A stretch of DNA of 62,729 nucleotides, the filler included, from Thermodesulfobacteriota bacterium (lineage in GTDB: Bacteria > DASVDK01): NCBI GenBank assembly GCA_036381125.1. It is 9 parts of 9 records of this genome, joined end to end, with 100 filler letters (N's around TTAATTAATTAA, not from the genome) between each part and the next. Parts side by side here need not be neighbours in the genome. Positions count along the whole stretch, not along the records: positions 1 to 26,548 come from DASVDK010000078.1; 8 more parts are not named here. One strand, written 5' to 3'. The notes below the pieces were generated by a model. The model worked only from the letters and a program-made list of their open reading frames with translations. It did no database searches and was not told the DNA's origin. The position numbers and the translations under genes were made by a program. How positions within the stretch are numbered: position 1 is the first letter of the stretch; each line of letters begins with the position of its first letter. Shown piece by piece: positions 9,665 to 19,749 of this stretch.

Positions 9665-10900
9665 CTAGGTGACCGTGATCGGGTGCTCGACCACGGCGTT
9701 GTAGAGGTAGCCCTGGTCGTTCCACGGCACGCTGTCGGGCTGCGTGTTGCCGGCCTCGTCGGTGGCGCGCAGGCGAATGGCGTGCCGGCCGGGGCGTGCG
9801 TCCCAGTCGAAGCGGAACCGCACCCACGCGCCGGCGATGTTCGGCTCGCCGAGCGACGCGATCCGCCACGGCCCGCGGTCGACGCTCACCTCCACCTTCG
9901 CGATCCTCGCCGGCGCCCAGGCGCGCCCCGTCAACACGTAGCGGCCCGCCGCCACGCGCGCGTCCCACGCGAACTCGAGGGCGCTCTTGACGTTCTGCGA
10001 CGTGAGCACCGGCCCCTTGGACGGCGGCTGGGGCTGGTAGTCGGGGCCGATCAGGACGTAGCTGTCGGTGTTCCAGGGCGAGAAGAGCGGCTCGTCCGAC
10101 ACCTCGATGCGGCCGAGCCACTTCACGTTCTGGACGCCGATCCAGCCGGGCGCCAGGAGCCGGGCCGGGAAGCCGTGGTCGGGCGGGAGCGTCTCGCCGT
10201 TCATGGCGTAGACGACGAGCGTGTCGTCGGCCGTCGCCTTGGCGATCGGCATGGGCCGGCGCACCTTGAGGTCGTCGAGGCCGGCCGGCATCACGTCGCG
10301 CGCGGTCGGCTTCACGCCGGCGCGATCGAGGATCTCGGAGAGGCGCACGCCTGTCCACTCGGCGACCCCGACCGCTCCGAGCTTCCACTGGGTGCCCTGC
10401 GCCCGCTTGCCGTACGCCTGCTCGAAGAAGCTGCGGCCGTTGCCGGCGCACTCGACGTAGCGCAGCACCGAGACCGAGGGGAGCTTGAGGAGGTCGTTGT
10501 AGGACAGGGTGAGGGGCCGCGAGACGCCGCTTCCGTCGACGGTCAGCGTCCAGGTGCCGGCCTCGATCTGCGGCGTCTTCGTGTGGTTGCGCACGAAGAA
10601 GAGCCCGTTCGGCACCACGTAGCCGCGGCCGTACATCTGCTCCCAGCGCATCTCGAGGTTGCTGCCGTACCGGTTGAAGAGCTCCGGCGGCGCAGCCTTG
10701 ACGACCGGGCTCGCCGCCTCGCCAGCCGCCGCGCGCGAGGGCCGAAGCCCCCCGGCCAGGCCGGCGCCGGCGGCCGCGAGGGCGAGCAGGCGGCGGCGCG
10801 ACAGGCCGAGGGCGCGCGCTTCGCGCCAGAGATGCTCGTCGGTGCGGGCCAGGCGGTACGTCTGCGGGTCGACGAGGTCTCGCTCGAGCCGGTGCGGCAT
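9665..10900 (-). CDS. Tat-exported sulfite oxidase family molybdoenzyme
   Basis: SRRRLL Tat motif, FFVRNH, ECAGNGR Mo-ligating Cys, DHGFPAR, NVKWL, C-terminal Ig-like dimerisation domain. Confidence 0.9.
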   Translation of the reverse strand: MPHRLERDLVDPQTYRLARTDEHLWREARALGLSRRRLLALAAAGAGLAGGLRPSRAAAGEAASPVVKAAPPELFNRYGSNLEMRWEQMYGRGYVVPNGLFFVRNHTKTPQIEAGTWTLTVDGSGVSRPLTLSYNDLLKLPSVSVLRYVECAGNGRSFFEQAYGKRAQGTQWKLGAVGVAEWTGVRLSEILDRAGVKPTARDVMPAGLDDLKVRRPMPIAKATADDTLVVYAMNGETLPPDHGFPARLLAPGWIGVQNVKWLGRIEVSDEPLFSPWNTDSYVLIGPDYQPQPPSKGPVLTSQNVKSALEFAWDARVAAGRYVLTGRAWAPARIAKVEVSVDRGPWRIASLGEPNIAGAWVRFRFDWDARPGRHAIRLRATDEAGNTQPDSVPWNDQGYLYNAVVEHPITVT

Positions 10901-10985
10901 GACCGTCCTCCCACGACTGGACCCGGAAACCAGTATACCAGCGTTTGCCGACTCCGGCGCGGGGCAGCCCTGCTACACTTCCCGC

Positions 10986-11687
10986 GTGCCGCTCGAGCCC
11001 GCCGTCTCCGTCCGCGACGTCAGCAAGGTGTACCTGACGGGGGATCTCAGGGTGGAGGCGGTCCGCGGCGTGAGCCTCGACGTGGCGCCGGGGACGTTCC
11101 TCGCGCTCGTGGGGCCGTCGGGCTGCGGCAAGTCGACCCTCCTCAACCTCATCGGCGCCCTCGATCGGCCCAGCCGGGGCGACGTCGTCGTAGGCGGCGT
11201 CTCGCTCGGCGCGCTCGACGACGACGGGCTCACCCGCTACCGCCGGCAGACGGTCGGCTTCGTGTTCCAGTTCTTCAACCTCCTGCCGAGCCTGACGGTC
11301 GCGGAGAACGTCGCGCTCCCCATGCAGATCGACGGCCGGCCGGCCGCCGCCGTGCGCGAGCGCGTCGCTCGCCTCCTCGAGGAGGTCGGCCTCGCGCACC
11401 GGGCCGGACACCGGCCGGCGCAGCTCTCGGGGGGCGAGCAGCAGCGGGTGGCGGTCGCGCGCGCGCTGGCGAACGACCCGCCCCTGCTCCTCGGCGACGA
11501 GCCGACCGGCAACCTCGACACCCGCGCCTCCGCGGCCCTGACGGCGCTCTTCGCCGGGCTGGCGCGCGACGGGCGGCGCACGGTCATCCTCGCGACCCAC
11601 AGCCCCGAGGTGGCGGCCGCGGCCGACCGGGTGGTCCGCATGCGCGACGGCGAGGTCGTCGAGGACGCGGCGGCCGTCGCGCGATGA
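10986..11687 (+). CDS. ABC transporter ATP-binding protein (LolD/AttE-like)
   Basis: [24 protein letters not shown]. Confidence 0.92.
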   Translation: MPLEPAVSVRDVSKVYLTGDLRVEAVRGVSLDVAPGTFLALVGPSGCGKSTLLNLIGALDRPSRGDVVVGGVSLGALDDDGLTRYRRQTVGFVFQFFNLLPSLTVAENVALPMQIDGRPAAAVRERVARLLEEVGLAHRAGHRPAQLSGGEQQRVAVARALANDPPLLLGDEPTGNLDTRASAALTALFAGLARDGRRTVILATHSPEVAAAADRVVRMRDGEVVEDAAAVAR

Positions 11688-14284
11688 CGGGGCTCTCGGC
11701 GCTCGTCCGCCGCGTGACCTGGCCCTCGGTGGCGGCGCACAAGGGGCGCAGCCTCCTCACGCTGGCCGGCATCGCCATCGGCGTCGGCGTGTTCCTCGCG
11801 GTGCGGCTCGCCAACGTGAGCATCACCGAGGCGTTCGCCACGAGCCTCGACCTCTTCGCGGGGAGCGCGCAGTTGACCGTCTCGCGGCCCGGCTTCGGCC
11901 TCGACGAGACCCTCCTGCCGCTCATCGAGGCCGACCCGGCGGTCGCCCGCGCCGAGCCGCAGGTGGTGGGGACCCTCGTCACCGCGGACCCGGCGCGGGA
12001 GATCCTCCTCGTCTACGGCATCGACGTCCTGCGCTCGCGCCCGACGACCGCGTCGATCGACGCGGCGGGCGGGGACGGCGAGGACCAGGGCTTCCTCGGC
12101 GAGGACGACGCCCTCCTCGTCACGCGGCGCTTCGCCCAGGGGCGCGGGCTTCGCGTCGGCGACCGCCTCGAGGTCCTCGCCGGCTCGCGGCGCGCGTCGC
12201 TGCGCATCCGGGGCCTCCTCGTGCCGGCCGAGGCGGAAGGCGAACGGGGCGGCAGCGCGTCGGGCTTCCTCGAGCGGACGGTGGCCGTCATGGACCTCGC
12301 GGCGGCCCAGCCGCTCCTCGACCGCGTGGGGCGCCTCGACGCCGTGGCGCTCACCCTCCGCGAGGGCGCGGACGCCGATGCCGTGCGCGCGCGCCTCACC
12401 GCCGCGCTGCCCGACGGCGTGGTCGTCGACCGGCCCATCGAGCGGAGCGGCCAGGTCGACCAGATGCTCGACGCCTTCCGGCTGAACCTGACGATCCTCT
12501 CCCTCATCGCGCTCCTCGTCGGCGTCCTCCTCGTGTACAACACGCTCACCTTCTCCGTGGTGCAGCGCCGCCGGGAGATCGGGATCCTCCGGGCCATCGG
12601 CGTCTCCCGGCGCGGCGTCGAGGCGGCCTTCCTGGCCGAGGGGGTCGCGTACGGCGCGGCCGGCGGGCTCCTCGGCGTCCTCCTCGGCCTCGCCCTCGCG
12701 AAGGGGACGCTCGGCGCCATGGCGAGGACCGTGTCGGTCCTCTACCTGCACGCGCCGGTCGAGCGGCTGCGGGTCGACGCGGGCGACCTCTTGCTCGGGC
12801 TCGCCGTCGGCGTCCTCGTCTCGGCGGCGGCGGCGTTCGCGCCGGCGCGCGCCGCGGCCGGCGTGCCGCCGAGGGAGCCGATCGCACTCGGCGCGGCCCG
12901 AAGCGACACCGGCCGGGCCGGGCGGCGACGCGCCCGGCGGCTCGCCCTGGCCGGTCTCGCGATCCTGACGTTCGCCGGCCTGCTCGCCGCGCTGCCTCCC
13001 TGGCACGGCCGGCCGCTCGGCGGCTACGGAGCGGCCTTCGTGGTCCTCGTGGCGGCGCTCCTCGTGGCGCCGGTCCTCGTCCTGGCGGTCGGGCGCGCGG
13101 CGCGGCCCCTGGTCGGCCGCCTCGGGGGGCCGGCGGCGCGCCTGGCGGCCGATCACTTCGTCCAGGGGCTCCGCCGCAACGCGGCCACCGTGGCGGCGCT
13201 GTCGGTCAGCCTCGCCATGCTCGTCTCGGTCTGGATCATGGTGTCCGCCTTCCGCGCCACCGTGGAGGCCTGGATCGCGCAGTCGGTGCGGGCCGACCTC
13301 GTGGTCACGCCCGCCGCGCGCCTCGGCGGCTCGCGCGAGGCCTCGCTGCCGGCCGGCGTGGTCGAGCGGATCCGCGCGCTGCCCGGCGTGGCGGAGGTGG
13401 ACGCGTTCCGAGGCGCCGACGTCCGGTACGAGGGGAGCCCCATCGTCCTCGGCTCGGGCGACCTCGCCCTCCAGCTCAGGCGGGGGCGCCTCCCCTTCAT
13501 GGCCGGGACGCCGGCCGACGTCCTCGACGAGGTCGTGGCGCGCCGGGGCGCGCTCGTGAGCGAGTCCTTCGCTCGCCGCTTCGACCGCTGGGTCGGCTCC
13601 ACCATCACGCTCGACCTGCCGGCCGGTCGCCGGAGCTATCCCGTGGTGGGGGTCTTCTACGACTACACGACCGATCGGGGGCTCGTGGTGCTCGACGCCG
13701 CGACGTACGTCGCGGACACCGGGCGGCGCGACGTGCAGAGCGCGGCCGTCTATCTCGAGCCGGGCGCCGACCTCGAGGGCGCGCGTCGGTCGCTCGAGTC
13801 GCTGTTCGGCCCGGACGCCGCCGTGGCGGTCGTCTCCAACCGCGAGCTGCGCGCGCGGGTGCTCGACATCTTCGACCAGACCTTCGCCATCACCTTCGCG
13901 CTCGAGCTGATCGCCGTGGTGGTGAGCGCCATCGCCGTGGTGAACACGCTCGTCGCCTCGACGATCGAGCGGCAGGCCGAGCTCGGCATCCTCAGGGCGA
14001 TCGGCCTCGGCCGCGCCGACATCGGCCGGCTCGTGCGAGCCGAGGCGGGGCTCATCGCCGGAGCCGCCAGCCTCCTCGGGGTCGTCGTCGGGATCGCGCT
14101 GTCGCTCATCCTGGTCTTCGTCATCAACCGGCAGGCCTTCGGCTGGACGATCCAGTACCACCTGCCCCCCGAGGCGCTGGCGACGGCGGCGGCCCTGGCC
14201 GTCGGCACCGCGCTCGTCGCCGCCACGTGGCCCGCCCGGCGCGCTGCCGCGCAGCCGATCGCCCAGGCGGTTCGATACGAGTGA
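11684..14284 (+). CDS. FtsX/MacB-family double-domain ABC permease (AttF/G-like)
   Basis: Two FtsX repeats (RRREIGILRAIG; RQAELGILRAIG), multiple TM helices, ATGA overlap with ATPase. Confidence 0.88.
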   Translation: MTGLSALVRRVTWPSVAAHKGRSLLTLAGIAIGVGVFLAVRLANVSITEAFATSLDLFAGSAQLTVSRPGFGLDETLLPLIEADPAVARAEPQVVGTLVTADPAREILLVYGIDVLRSRPTTASIDAAGGDGEDQGFLGEDDALLVTRRFAQGRGLRVGDRLEVLAGSRRASLRIRGLLVPAEAEGERGGSASGFLERTVAVMDLAAAQPLLDRVGRLDAVALTLREGADADAVRARLTAALPDGVVVDRPIERSGQVDQMLDAFRLNLTILSLIALLVGVLLVYNTLTFSVVQRRREIGILRAIGVSRRGVEAAFLAEGVAYGAAGGLLGVLLGLALAKGTLGAMARTVSVLYLHAPVERLRVDAGDLLLGLAVGVLVSAAAAFAPARAAAGVPPREPIALGAARSDTGRAGRRRARRLALAGLAILTFAGLLAALPPWHGRPLGGYGAAFVVLVAALLVAPVLVLAVGRAARPLVGRLGGPAARLAADHFVQGLRRNAATVAALSVSLAMLVSVWIMVSAFRATVEAWIAQSVRADLVVTPAARLGGSREASLPAGVVERIRALPGVAEVDAFRGADVRYEGSPIVLGSGDLALQLRRGRLPFMAGTPADVLDEVVARRGALVSESFARRFDRWVGSTITLDLPAGRRSYPVVGVFYDYTTDRGLVVLDAATYVADTGRRDVQSAAVYLEPGADLEGARRSLESLFGPDAAVAVVSNRELRARVLDIFDQTFAITFALELIAVVVSAIAVVNTLVASTIERQAELGILRAIGLGRADIGRLVRAEAGLIAGAASLLGVVVGIALSLILVFVINRQAFGWTIQYHLPPEALATAAALAVGTALVAATWPARRAAAQPIAQAVRYE

Positions 14285-14314
14285 CGGCCGTGCCCGAGGG
14301 CTACGCTGGACGCC

Positions 14315-15439
14315 ATGAGTAAGCTCGTCGTCGGCGCACTCTTGCCGCTGCTCGCCGCGGGGTCGGTCCTTGCGGCCCCGTTCGTCTACCGGCAGGCCCT
14401 GCCCGGCTACCGGTTCGAGTTCCCGCGCGACCACGCCTCGCACGAGGCCTTCCGCACGGAGTGGTGGTACTACACCGGCAACCTGACGGCCGAGGGCGGC
14501 CGCCGGTTCGGCTTCCAGGTGACCTTCTTCCGCGTGGGGCTGCGCGACCGCGTGAACCCGGACAACCCGTCCCGGTGGCGCCCCGACAACGTGTACTTCG
14601 CCCACCTGGCGGTGACCGACATCGGGGAGGGCCGGTTCCGCTACTGGCACCGGACGAGCCGCGCCGGTCCCGGCCTCGCCGGCGCCGCGAGCGACCGGTA
14701 CGCGGTCTTCATCGGCGACTGGCGCGCCTGGCTCGAGGGAGGCGTCCACCGCCTCTCGTTGGCCGTTCCCGCGGACCGCGTCGGGCAGCCGGCCGAGGTG
14801 CGGCTCGACCTCGCCCTCGAGCCCACGAAGCCGCCGGTCGTCCACGGTCGGGACGGCGTGAGCCAGAAGGCGGCCGGCCTCGGGCGCGCGTCGCACTACT
14901 ACTCGCTCACTCGCCTGGCCGTCACCGGCACGCTCGGCCTCGACGGGCGGGACCTCTCGGTCGACGGCCTCGCCTGGATGGATCACGAGTTCGGGAGCAA
15001 CCAGCTCGGCGAGGACCAGGTCGGCTGGGACTGGCTGAGCCTCCAGCTCTCCGACGGCTCGGAGCTCATGCTCTACCGCCTGCGGCTCAAGGGGGGCGGC
15101 GTCGAGCCGGCCTCCTCGGGCACCGTCGTCCGGCCCGACGGCAGCTCGCGGCACCTCGTCCTCGCCGACTTCCGGATGACGCCGGAGGGGACCTGGACGA
15201 GCCGGGCGTCCGGCGGAACCTACCCCGTGCGGTGGCGGATCGAGGTGCCGTCGGAGCGGATCGCCCTCACCGTGGAGCCCGCCCTCGAGGACCAGGAGCT
15301 GCGGACCGAGGGCTCGACCGGCGTCACCTACTGGGAGGGGGCCGTCGTCGCTCGCGGCGAGAACGGAGGCCGGCCGGTGGACGGGCGCGGGTACCTCGAG
15401 CTGACCGGCTACGCCCGGCCCTTCGACACCGACATCTGA
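14315..15439 (+). CDS. AttH/CrtC-like lipocalin-fold exported protein
   Basis: FPRDH, EWWYYTG, WMDHEF, GWDW, YWEGAV, GYLELTGY motifs. Confidence 0.88.
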   Translation: MSKLVVGALLPLLAAGSVLAAPFVYRQALPGYRFEFPRDHASHEAFRTEWWYYTGNLTAEGGRRFGFQVTFFRVGLRDRVNPDNPSRWRPDNVYFAHLAVTDIGEGRFRYWHRTSRAGPGLAGAASDRYAVFIGDWRAWLEGGVHRLSLAVPADRVGQPAEVRLDLALEPTKPPVVHGRDGVSQKAAGLGRASHYYSLTRLAVTGTLGLDGRDLSVDGLAWMDHEFGSNQLGEDQVGWDWLSLQLSDGSELMLYRLRLKGGGVEPASSGTVVRPDGSSRHLVLADFRMTPEGTWTSRASGGTYPVRWRIEVPSERIALTVEPALEDQELRTEGSTGVTYWEGAVVARGENGGRPVDGRGYLELTGYARPFDTDI

Positions 15440-17265
15440 CCCCGATCGCATTCAGGGGCGCCCTCGGCGCCCCCGGGCGGCAGGAGCACCCGGACCGTGG
15501 TGCCCCGGCCGACCTCGCTCGAGATCTCGAGGCGGCCGCCGTGGGCCTGGACGAGGTGCTTCACGATGGCGAGCCCGAGGCCGGTCCCCCCGGCGTCGCG
15601 GCTGCGCCCCTTCTCGACGCGGTAGAAGCGCTCCCCGAGGCGCGGGAGGTCCGCCCTGGGCACGCCGACCCCGGTGTCGGCCACCACGACCGCCTGCATG
15701 CCGTCGGGCCGCGTCTCGGCCGACACGGTGACCGTGCCGCCCGGCCGGGTGAACTTCACGGCGTTGTCGACGAGGTTCACGAGGATCTGGATGAGGCGGT
15801 TGCGGTCGACGACGAGCGGCGGGAAGTCGGGCGGCAGCGCCTTGACCAGGGCGACGCCGCGCTCGGCGGCCCTGGCGGCGAGCAGCCCGAAGGTCTCGTC
15901 CACGGCGCCGGACAGGTCGACCGGGCGCTTGACGAGCCGCACCTGGCGAAGCTCGAGGTCGGAGAGGACGAGCAGGTCGTCGATGAGCCGCTGCAGCCGC
16001 TCGGCGTGCGCGAGCGACATGGCGACCCACCGGCGCGCGCCGGCCGGGTCCTCGAGCGCCCAGTCGTGCAGCGTCTCGAGCGCGGCGCGTATCGCGGCGA
16101 GCGGCGTCTTCAACTCGTGCGACACGTTGGCGACGAAGTCGGTCCGCGTCCGCTCGAGCCGCTTGAGTCGGGTCACGTCGCGCAAGACGACGACGTGGCC
16201 GAGCGCCTCGGCGGGGGCCTCCCCCCGGAGCGGCGCAACGGAGACGGCGACGTCCACCTCCTGCGGCGGCGGCAGGCGCATCTCGCCCGACGCGCGGCGC
16301 TCGGCGCCGGCCCGGGCGAGGAGGGCGTGCAGCTCGGGGGCCCGCGTCAACTCGAGCAGCGTCCGGCCGCGCCACGCCTCGGGCCGTACGTCGAGCATCC
16401 GCTCGGCAACGGCGTTCATGAGGAGTACCTCGCCGCCGGCGGTGACGACGATGAGCCCTTCGTCCATGGAGCCGATGATCGCCTCGACCCGTCGCCGCTG
16501 CTCGGCGAGCGCCGAGACGTAGGCGGAGAGGTCGGCCGCGGCGTCGGCGAGCGCCCGCTCGACCGGCTCGAGCTCGTCGCCCCGAGGCGCGGCGGGGGGG
16601 CGGCCGCGCGACGCGAGCTCGGCGGCCACCGCGAGCCCCTCCGCGCGCCGCCTGAGCCAGCGCGAGGCGAGCGCGGCGGCCCCGACGGCCGCGGCCCCGC
16701 CGGCCACGAGGCCGAGGCCGAGCGCGAGGCGCAGCCGGTCGATCGGCGCCTCCGCCCGATCGAGCGGCAGGGCGAGCCTGACGTACGCGACCGGGCGTTC
16801 ACGCGCCGGGGAGGGGGACGGGCCGGCCGCCGCCGCGGCGCGCGGGGCGGGGGCGTCGTCCACGCGGATCGCCACGTAGAGGAGCGGCCGGCCGACCGAG
16901 GCGCTCCGCCGGCGGGCGACGCCGACCCCGCGCACGCGCGCCTCCACGATCTCGGGGCGGTCGGCGTGGTTGTCGAGGAGGCCGACGTCGAGCTGGGAGT
17001 CGGCAAGGACGCGGCCGTCGGCCGCGACGAGCGTGATCCGCTCGTCGAGCCGGCCGACCAGCGTGCGGACGAACGACCGCAACTCGCCGGGATCGCGCGG
17101 CAGCGCCGCCGCCACGAGCCGGGCCTCGGCCTCCAGGCGGCGAGCGACGGCGTCGTGAAGCGTGTCCGTGAGGAGGAGCGCCGCGCCCGCGGCGATGGCG
17201 GCAACCGTGAGCGCGACGACGGCGAGCGTGAGGGCCGCGATCCGGCCCCCGAAGGCGTGGGCCAC
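15409..17265 (-). CDS. phoR: Phosphate regulon sensor histidine kinase
   Basis: NHADRPE periplasmic motif, PAS, DFVANVSHELKTP, NLVDNA, FYRV, GTGLGL; follows phoU. Confidence 0.88.
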   Translation of the reverse strand: MAHAFGGRIAALTLAVVALTVAAIAAGAALLLTDTLHDAVARRLEAEARLVAAALPRDPGELRSFVRTLVGRLDERITLVAADGRVLADSQLDVGLLDNHADRPEIVEARVRGVGVARRRSASVGRPLLYVAIRVDDAPAPRAAAAAGPSPSPARERPVAYVRLALPLDRAEAPIDRLRLALGLGLVAGGAAAVGAAALASRWLRRRAEGLAVAAELASRGRPPAAPRGDELEPVERALADAAADLSAYVSALAEQRRRVEAIIGSMDEGLIVVTAGGEVLLMNAVAERMLDVRPEAWRGRTLLELTRAPELHALLARAGAERRASGEMRLPPPQEVDVAVSVAPLRGEAPAEALGHVVVLRDVTRLKRLERTRTDFVANVSHELKTPLAAIRAALETLHDWALEDPAGARRWVAMSLAHAERLQRLIDDLLVLSDLELRQVRLVKRPVDLSGAVDETFGLLAARAAERGVALVKALPPDFPPLVVDRNRLIQILVNLVDNAVKFTRPGGTVTVSAETRPDGMQAVVVADTGVGVPRADLPRLGERFYRVEKGRSRDAGGTGLGLAIVKHLVQAHGGRLEISSEVGRGTTVRVLLPPGGAEGAPECDRGQMSVSKGRA

Positions 17266-17287
17266 GCGGGGCGGCCTCCAGACCGTC

Positions 17288-17974
17288 CTAGACCTTGTCG
17301 TACGGGACGTTCATGTGCTTCACGACCTTGCCCTTGGTCATGAAGATGACCATCTCGGCGATGTTCGTCGCGTGATCGGCGATCCGCTCGAACGACTTCG
17401 ACACGAAGATGATGCGCAGCGCCCGCGCGATGGTCGTCGGGTCCTGCATCATGAACGTGAGCAGCTCCCGGAAGATCTGCTCGTTCAGGGCGTCGATGGG
17501 GTCGTCGCTGTTGAGCACCTTGATCGCGAGGTCGGCGTCCTCCTTGACGAAGGCGTCGAGCGCCTCGCGGACCATCTGCTGCGTCATCTCGGCCATCTTG
17601 GGCAGGTCGATGAACGGCTTGAGCTGCGGCTCCCGGTTCAGCTCCTGCGCCCGCTCGGCGATGCTCGTGGCGAGGTCGCCGATCCGCTCGAGGTCGTTGC
17701 TGATGCGGGCCGACGTGAGGATCATGCGCAGGTCGCGGGCGGCAGGCGCGTGCAGGGCGAGGATGCGCGTGACGCGCTCGTCGATGTCCACCTCCATGCC
17801 GTCGATGGCGGCGTCGAGGTCGATCGTCTGCTGGGCGAGCGAGGAGTCGCGCTCGACGAGCGAGCGGATGGCCTGCTCGATGGCGCGCTCGACGGCACCG
17901 CCCATGCGCAGGATCGCCGCCTTCAGCTCGGTGAGTTGCTCCTCGTACCGAGGGTCCGTATGCGTCTGGGGCAT
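17288..17974 (-). CDS. phoU: Phosphate signalling protein PhoU
   Basis: DLERIGD and ERIADHATNIAE repeats; follows pstB. Confidence 0.95.
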   Translation of the reverse strand: MPQTHTDPRYEEQLTELKAAILRMGGAVERAIEQAIRSLVERDSSLAQQTIDLDAAIDGMEVDIDERVTRILALHAPAARDLRMILTSARISNDLERIGDLATSIAERAQELNREPQLKPFIDLPKMAEMTQQMVREALDAFVKEDADLAIKVLNSDDPIDALNEQIFRELLTFMMQDPTTIARALRIIFVSKSFERIADHATNIAEMVIFMTKGKVVKHMNVPYDKV

Positions 17975-17982
17975 GGGTCCCC

Positions 17983-18843
17983 CTAGCCGAAGCGACCGGT
18001 GACGTAGTCCTCGGTCTGCTTCACGGACGGGTTGGTGAAGATCCGCTCCGTCGTATCGAACTCGACCAGCTCGCCGAGGTACATGAAGGCGGTCCAGTCG
18101 GAGAGCCGGGCCGCCTGTTGCATGTTGTGGGTGACGATGACGATCGTGTAGTCGCGCTTCAGTTCGCTGACGAGCCGCTCGATGTGAGCGGTGGAGATCG
18201 GGTCGAGGGCGGAGGTCGGCTCGTCGAGGAGCAGGACCTCCGGCTTCACCGCGATCGCCCGGGCGATGCAGAGCCGCTGCTGCTGGCCGCCCGAGAGGCG
18301 CGTGCCGCTGCGCGAGAGGACGTCCTTCACCTCGTCCCAGAGGGCGGCCTTGCGGAGCGCCCACTCGACTCGCGCGTCCATGTCGGCCCGCGAGAGCCTC
18401 TCGTAGAGCTTCACGCCGAAGGCGATGTTGTCGTAGATCGACATGGGGAACGGCGTCGGCTTCTGGAAGACCATCCCCACGGTCGCGCGCAGGAGGTTCA
18501 CATCCACCCGGCGGTCGAGGATGTTGCGCGAGTCGAGCCAGACCTCGCCCGACACCCGCTGCTCCGGGTAGAGCTCGTACATGCGGTTGAAGACGCGCAG
18601 CAGCGTCGACTTCCCGCAGCCGGAGGGCCCGATGAAGGCCGTCACCTGCTTCTCCGGGACGTCGAGGGTCACCTTGTGAAGCGCCTGGAACCGCCCGTAG
18701 TAGAAATCGACCTCGCGGACCGCGAGCTTGGTCCCGGGGGCGGCCGCCCGTGCCGCGTCGGGCCGCGCCGCGCGCATCGCCACCGTGGTCCAGGGTCTCT
18801 CCGTGGTGATCTCCGGCATCGCGAATCCGTGCGCCTCGCTCAT
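17983..18843 (-). CDS. pstB: Phosphate ABC transporter ATPase
   Basis: [44 protein letters not shown]. Confidence 0.96.
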   Translation of the reverse strand: MSEAHGFAMPEITTERPWTTVAMRAARPDAARAAAPGTKLAVREVDFYYGRFQALHKVTLDVPEKQVTAFIGPSGCGKSTLLRVFNRMYELYPEQRVSGEVWLDSRNILDRRVDVNLLRATVGMVFQKPTPFPMSIYDNIAFGVKLYERLSRADMDARVEWALRKAALWDEVKDVLSRSGTRLSGGQQQRLCIARAIAVKPEVLLLDEPTSALDPISTAHIERLVSELKRDYTIVIVTHNMQQAARLSDWTAFMYLGELVEFDTTERIFTNPSVKQTEDYVTGRFG

Positions 18844-18886
18844 CGGCGTGTCGGCCTCCGGAGTGTACCACGCCGGGATGCGGCGC

Positions 18887-19747
18887 TCATTCGCCGCCCC
18901 GGCGCTGGTGGAACAGGGAGCGGGCGCTGATGTTGAGCGCGAGGACGCCCAGCGTGATGAGCAGCGCGCCGGCCCAGGCGAGCGCGTGCCAGTCCTCGTA
19001 GGGGCTCATGGCGTACTGGAAGATCGTCACCGGAAGGTTGGCGACCGGCCGCGACAGCTCCATGCTCCAGAACTGGTTGTTGAGCGCCGTGAAGAGGAGG
19101 GGCGCGGTCTCGCCGCTCACGCGCGCGACGGCCAGCATGACCCCCGTGATGATCCCCGCGCGCGCGGCGCGGTAGGCCACCAGGACGACCACCTTCCAGC
19201 GGGGCGCGCCCAGCGCCGCGGCCGCCTCCCTGAGGCTCGCGGGGACGAGGCGGAGCATGTCCTCGGTGGTCCGCACGACCACCGGGAGCGCGATGATGGC
19301 GAGGGACACGGCGCCCGCCCACCCGGAGAAGTGCTTCACCGGCACGACCAGGAGCGTGTAGACGAAGAGGCCGATGATGATCGACGGCGCGCTGAGGAGG
19401 ACGTCGTTGATGAAGCGCGCGGCCCACGCGAGCCAGCTCCTCGCGCCGAACTCGGCGAGGTAGGTCCCGGCGAGGACGCCGACGGGGGCGCCGATGGCGA
19501 TCCCGATCGCCACGAGGGCGGCGCTGCCGGCGATGGCGTTGAGGAGGCCGCCGCTGCTGCCCGGCGGCGGCGTCATCTCGGTGAACACCCGCGTGGAGAG
19601 GCCGCCGAACCCGTAGGCGAACAGCGTCCCGAGCACCCACGCGAGGAAGGCGAGCGCGAAGGCCATCGTGAGCGCCGAGGCCGACAGGGTCACGACGTTG
19701 ACGAGCCGGCGCCTCCGGTAGACGGCGGTCGAACGCATGGCCGGCAT
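18887..19747 (-). CDS. pstA: Phosphate ABC transporter permease
   Basis: [26 protein letters not shown]. Confidence 0.95.
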   Translation of the reverse strand: MPAMRSTAVYRRRRLVNVVTLSASALTMAFALAFLAWVLGTLFAYGFGGLSTRVFTEMTPPPGSSGGLLNAIAGSAALVAIGIAIGAPVGVLAGTYLAEFGARSWLAWAARFINDVLLSAPSIIIGLFVYTLLVVPVKHFSGWAGAVSLAIIALPVVVRTTEDMLRLVPASLREAAAALGAPRWKVVVLVAYRAARAGIITGVMLAVARVSGETAPLLFTALNNQFWSMELSRPVANLPVTIFQYAMSPYEDWHALAWAGALLITLGVLALNISARSLFHQRRGGE

Positions 19748-19749
19748 GG

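Noticed and set aside
9683-15451. Giant ORFs (1533 aa on +, 1404 aa on -) and many other long Arg/Pro/Gly-rich ORFs
   Set aside because: Shadow frames caused by high GC; the real genes are shorter, with recognisable motifs and starts
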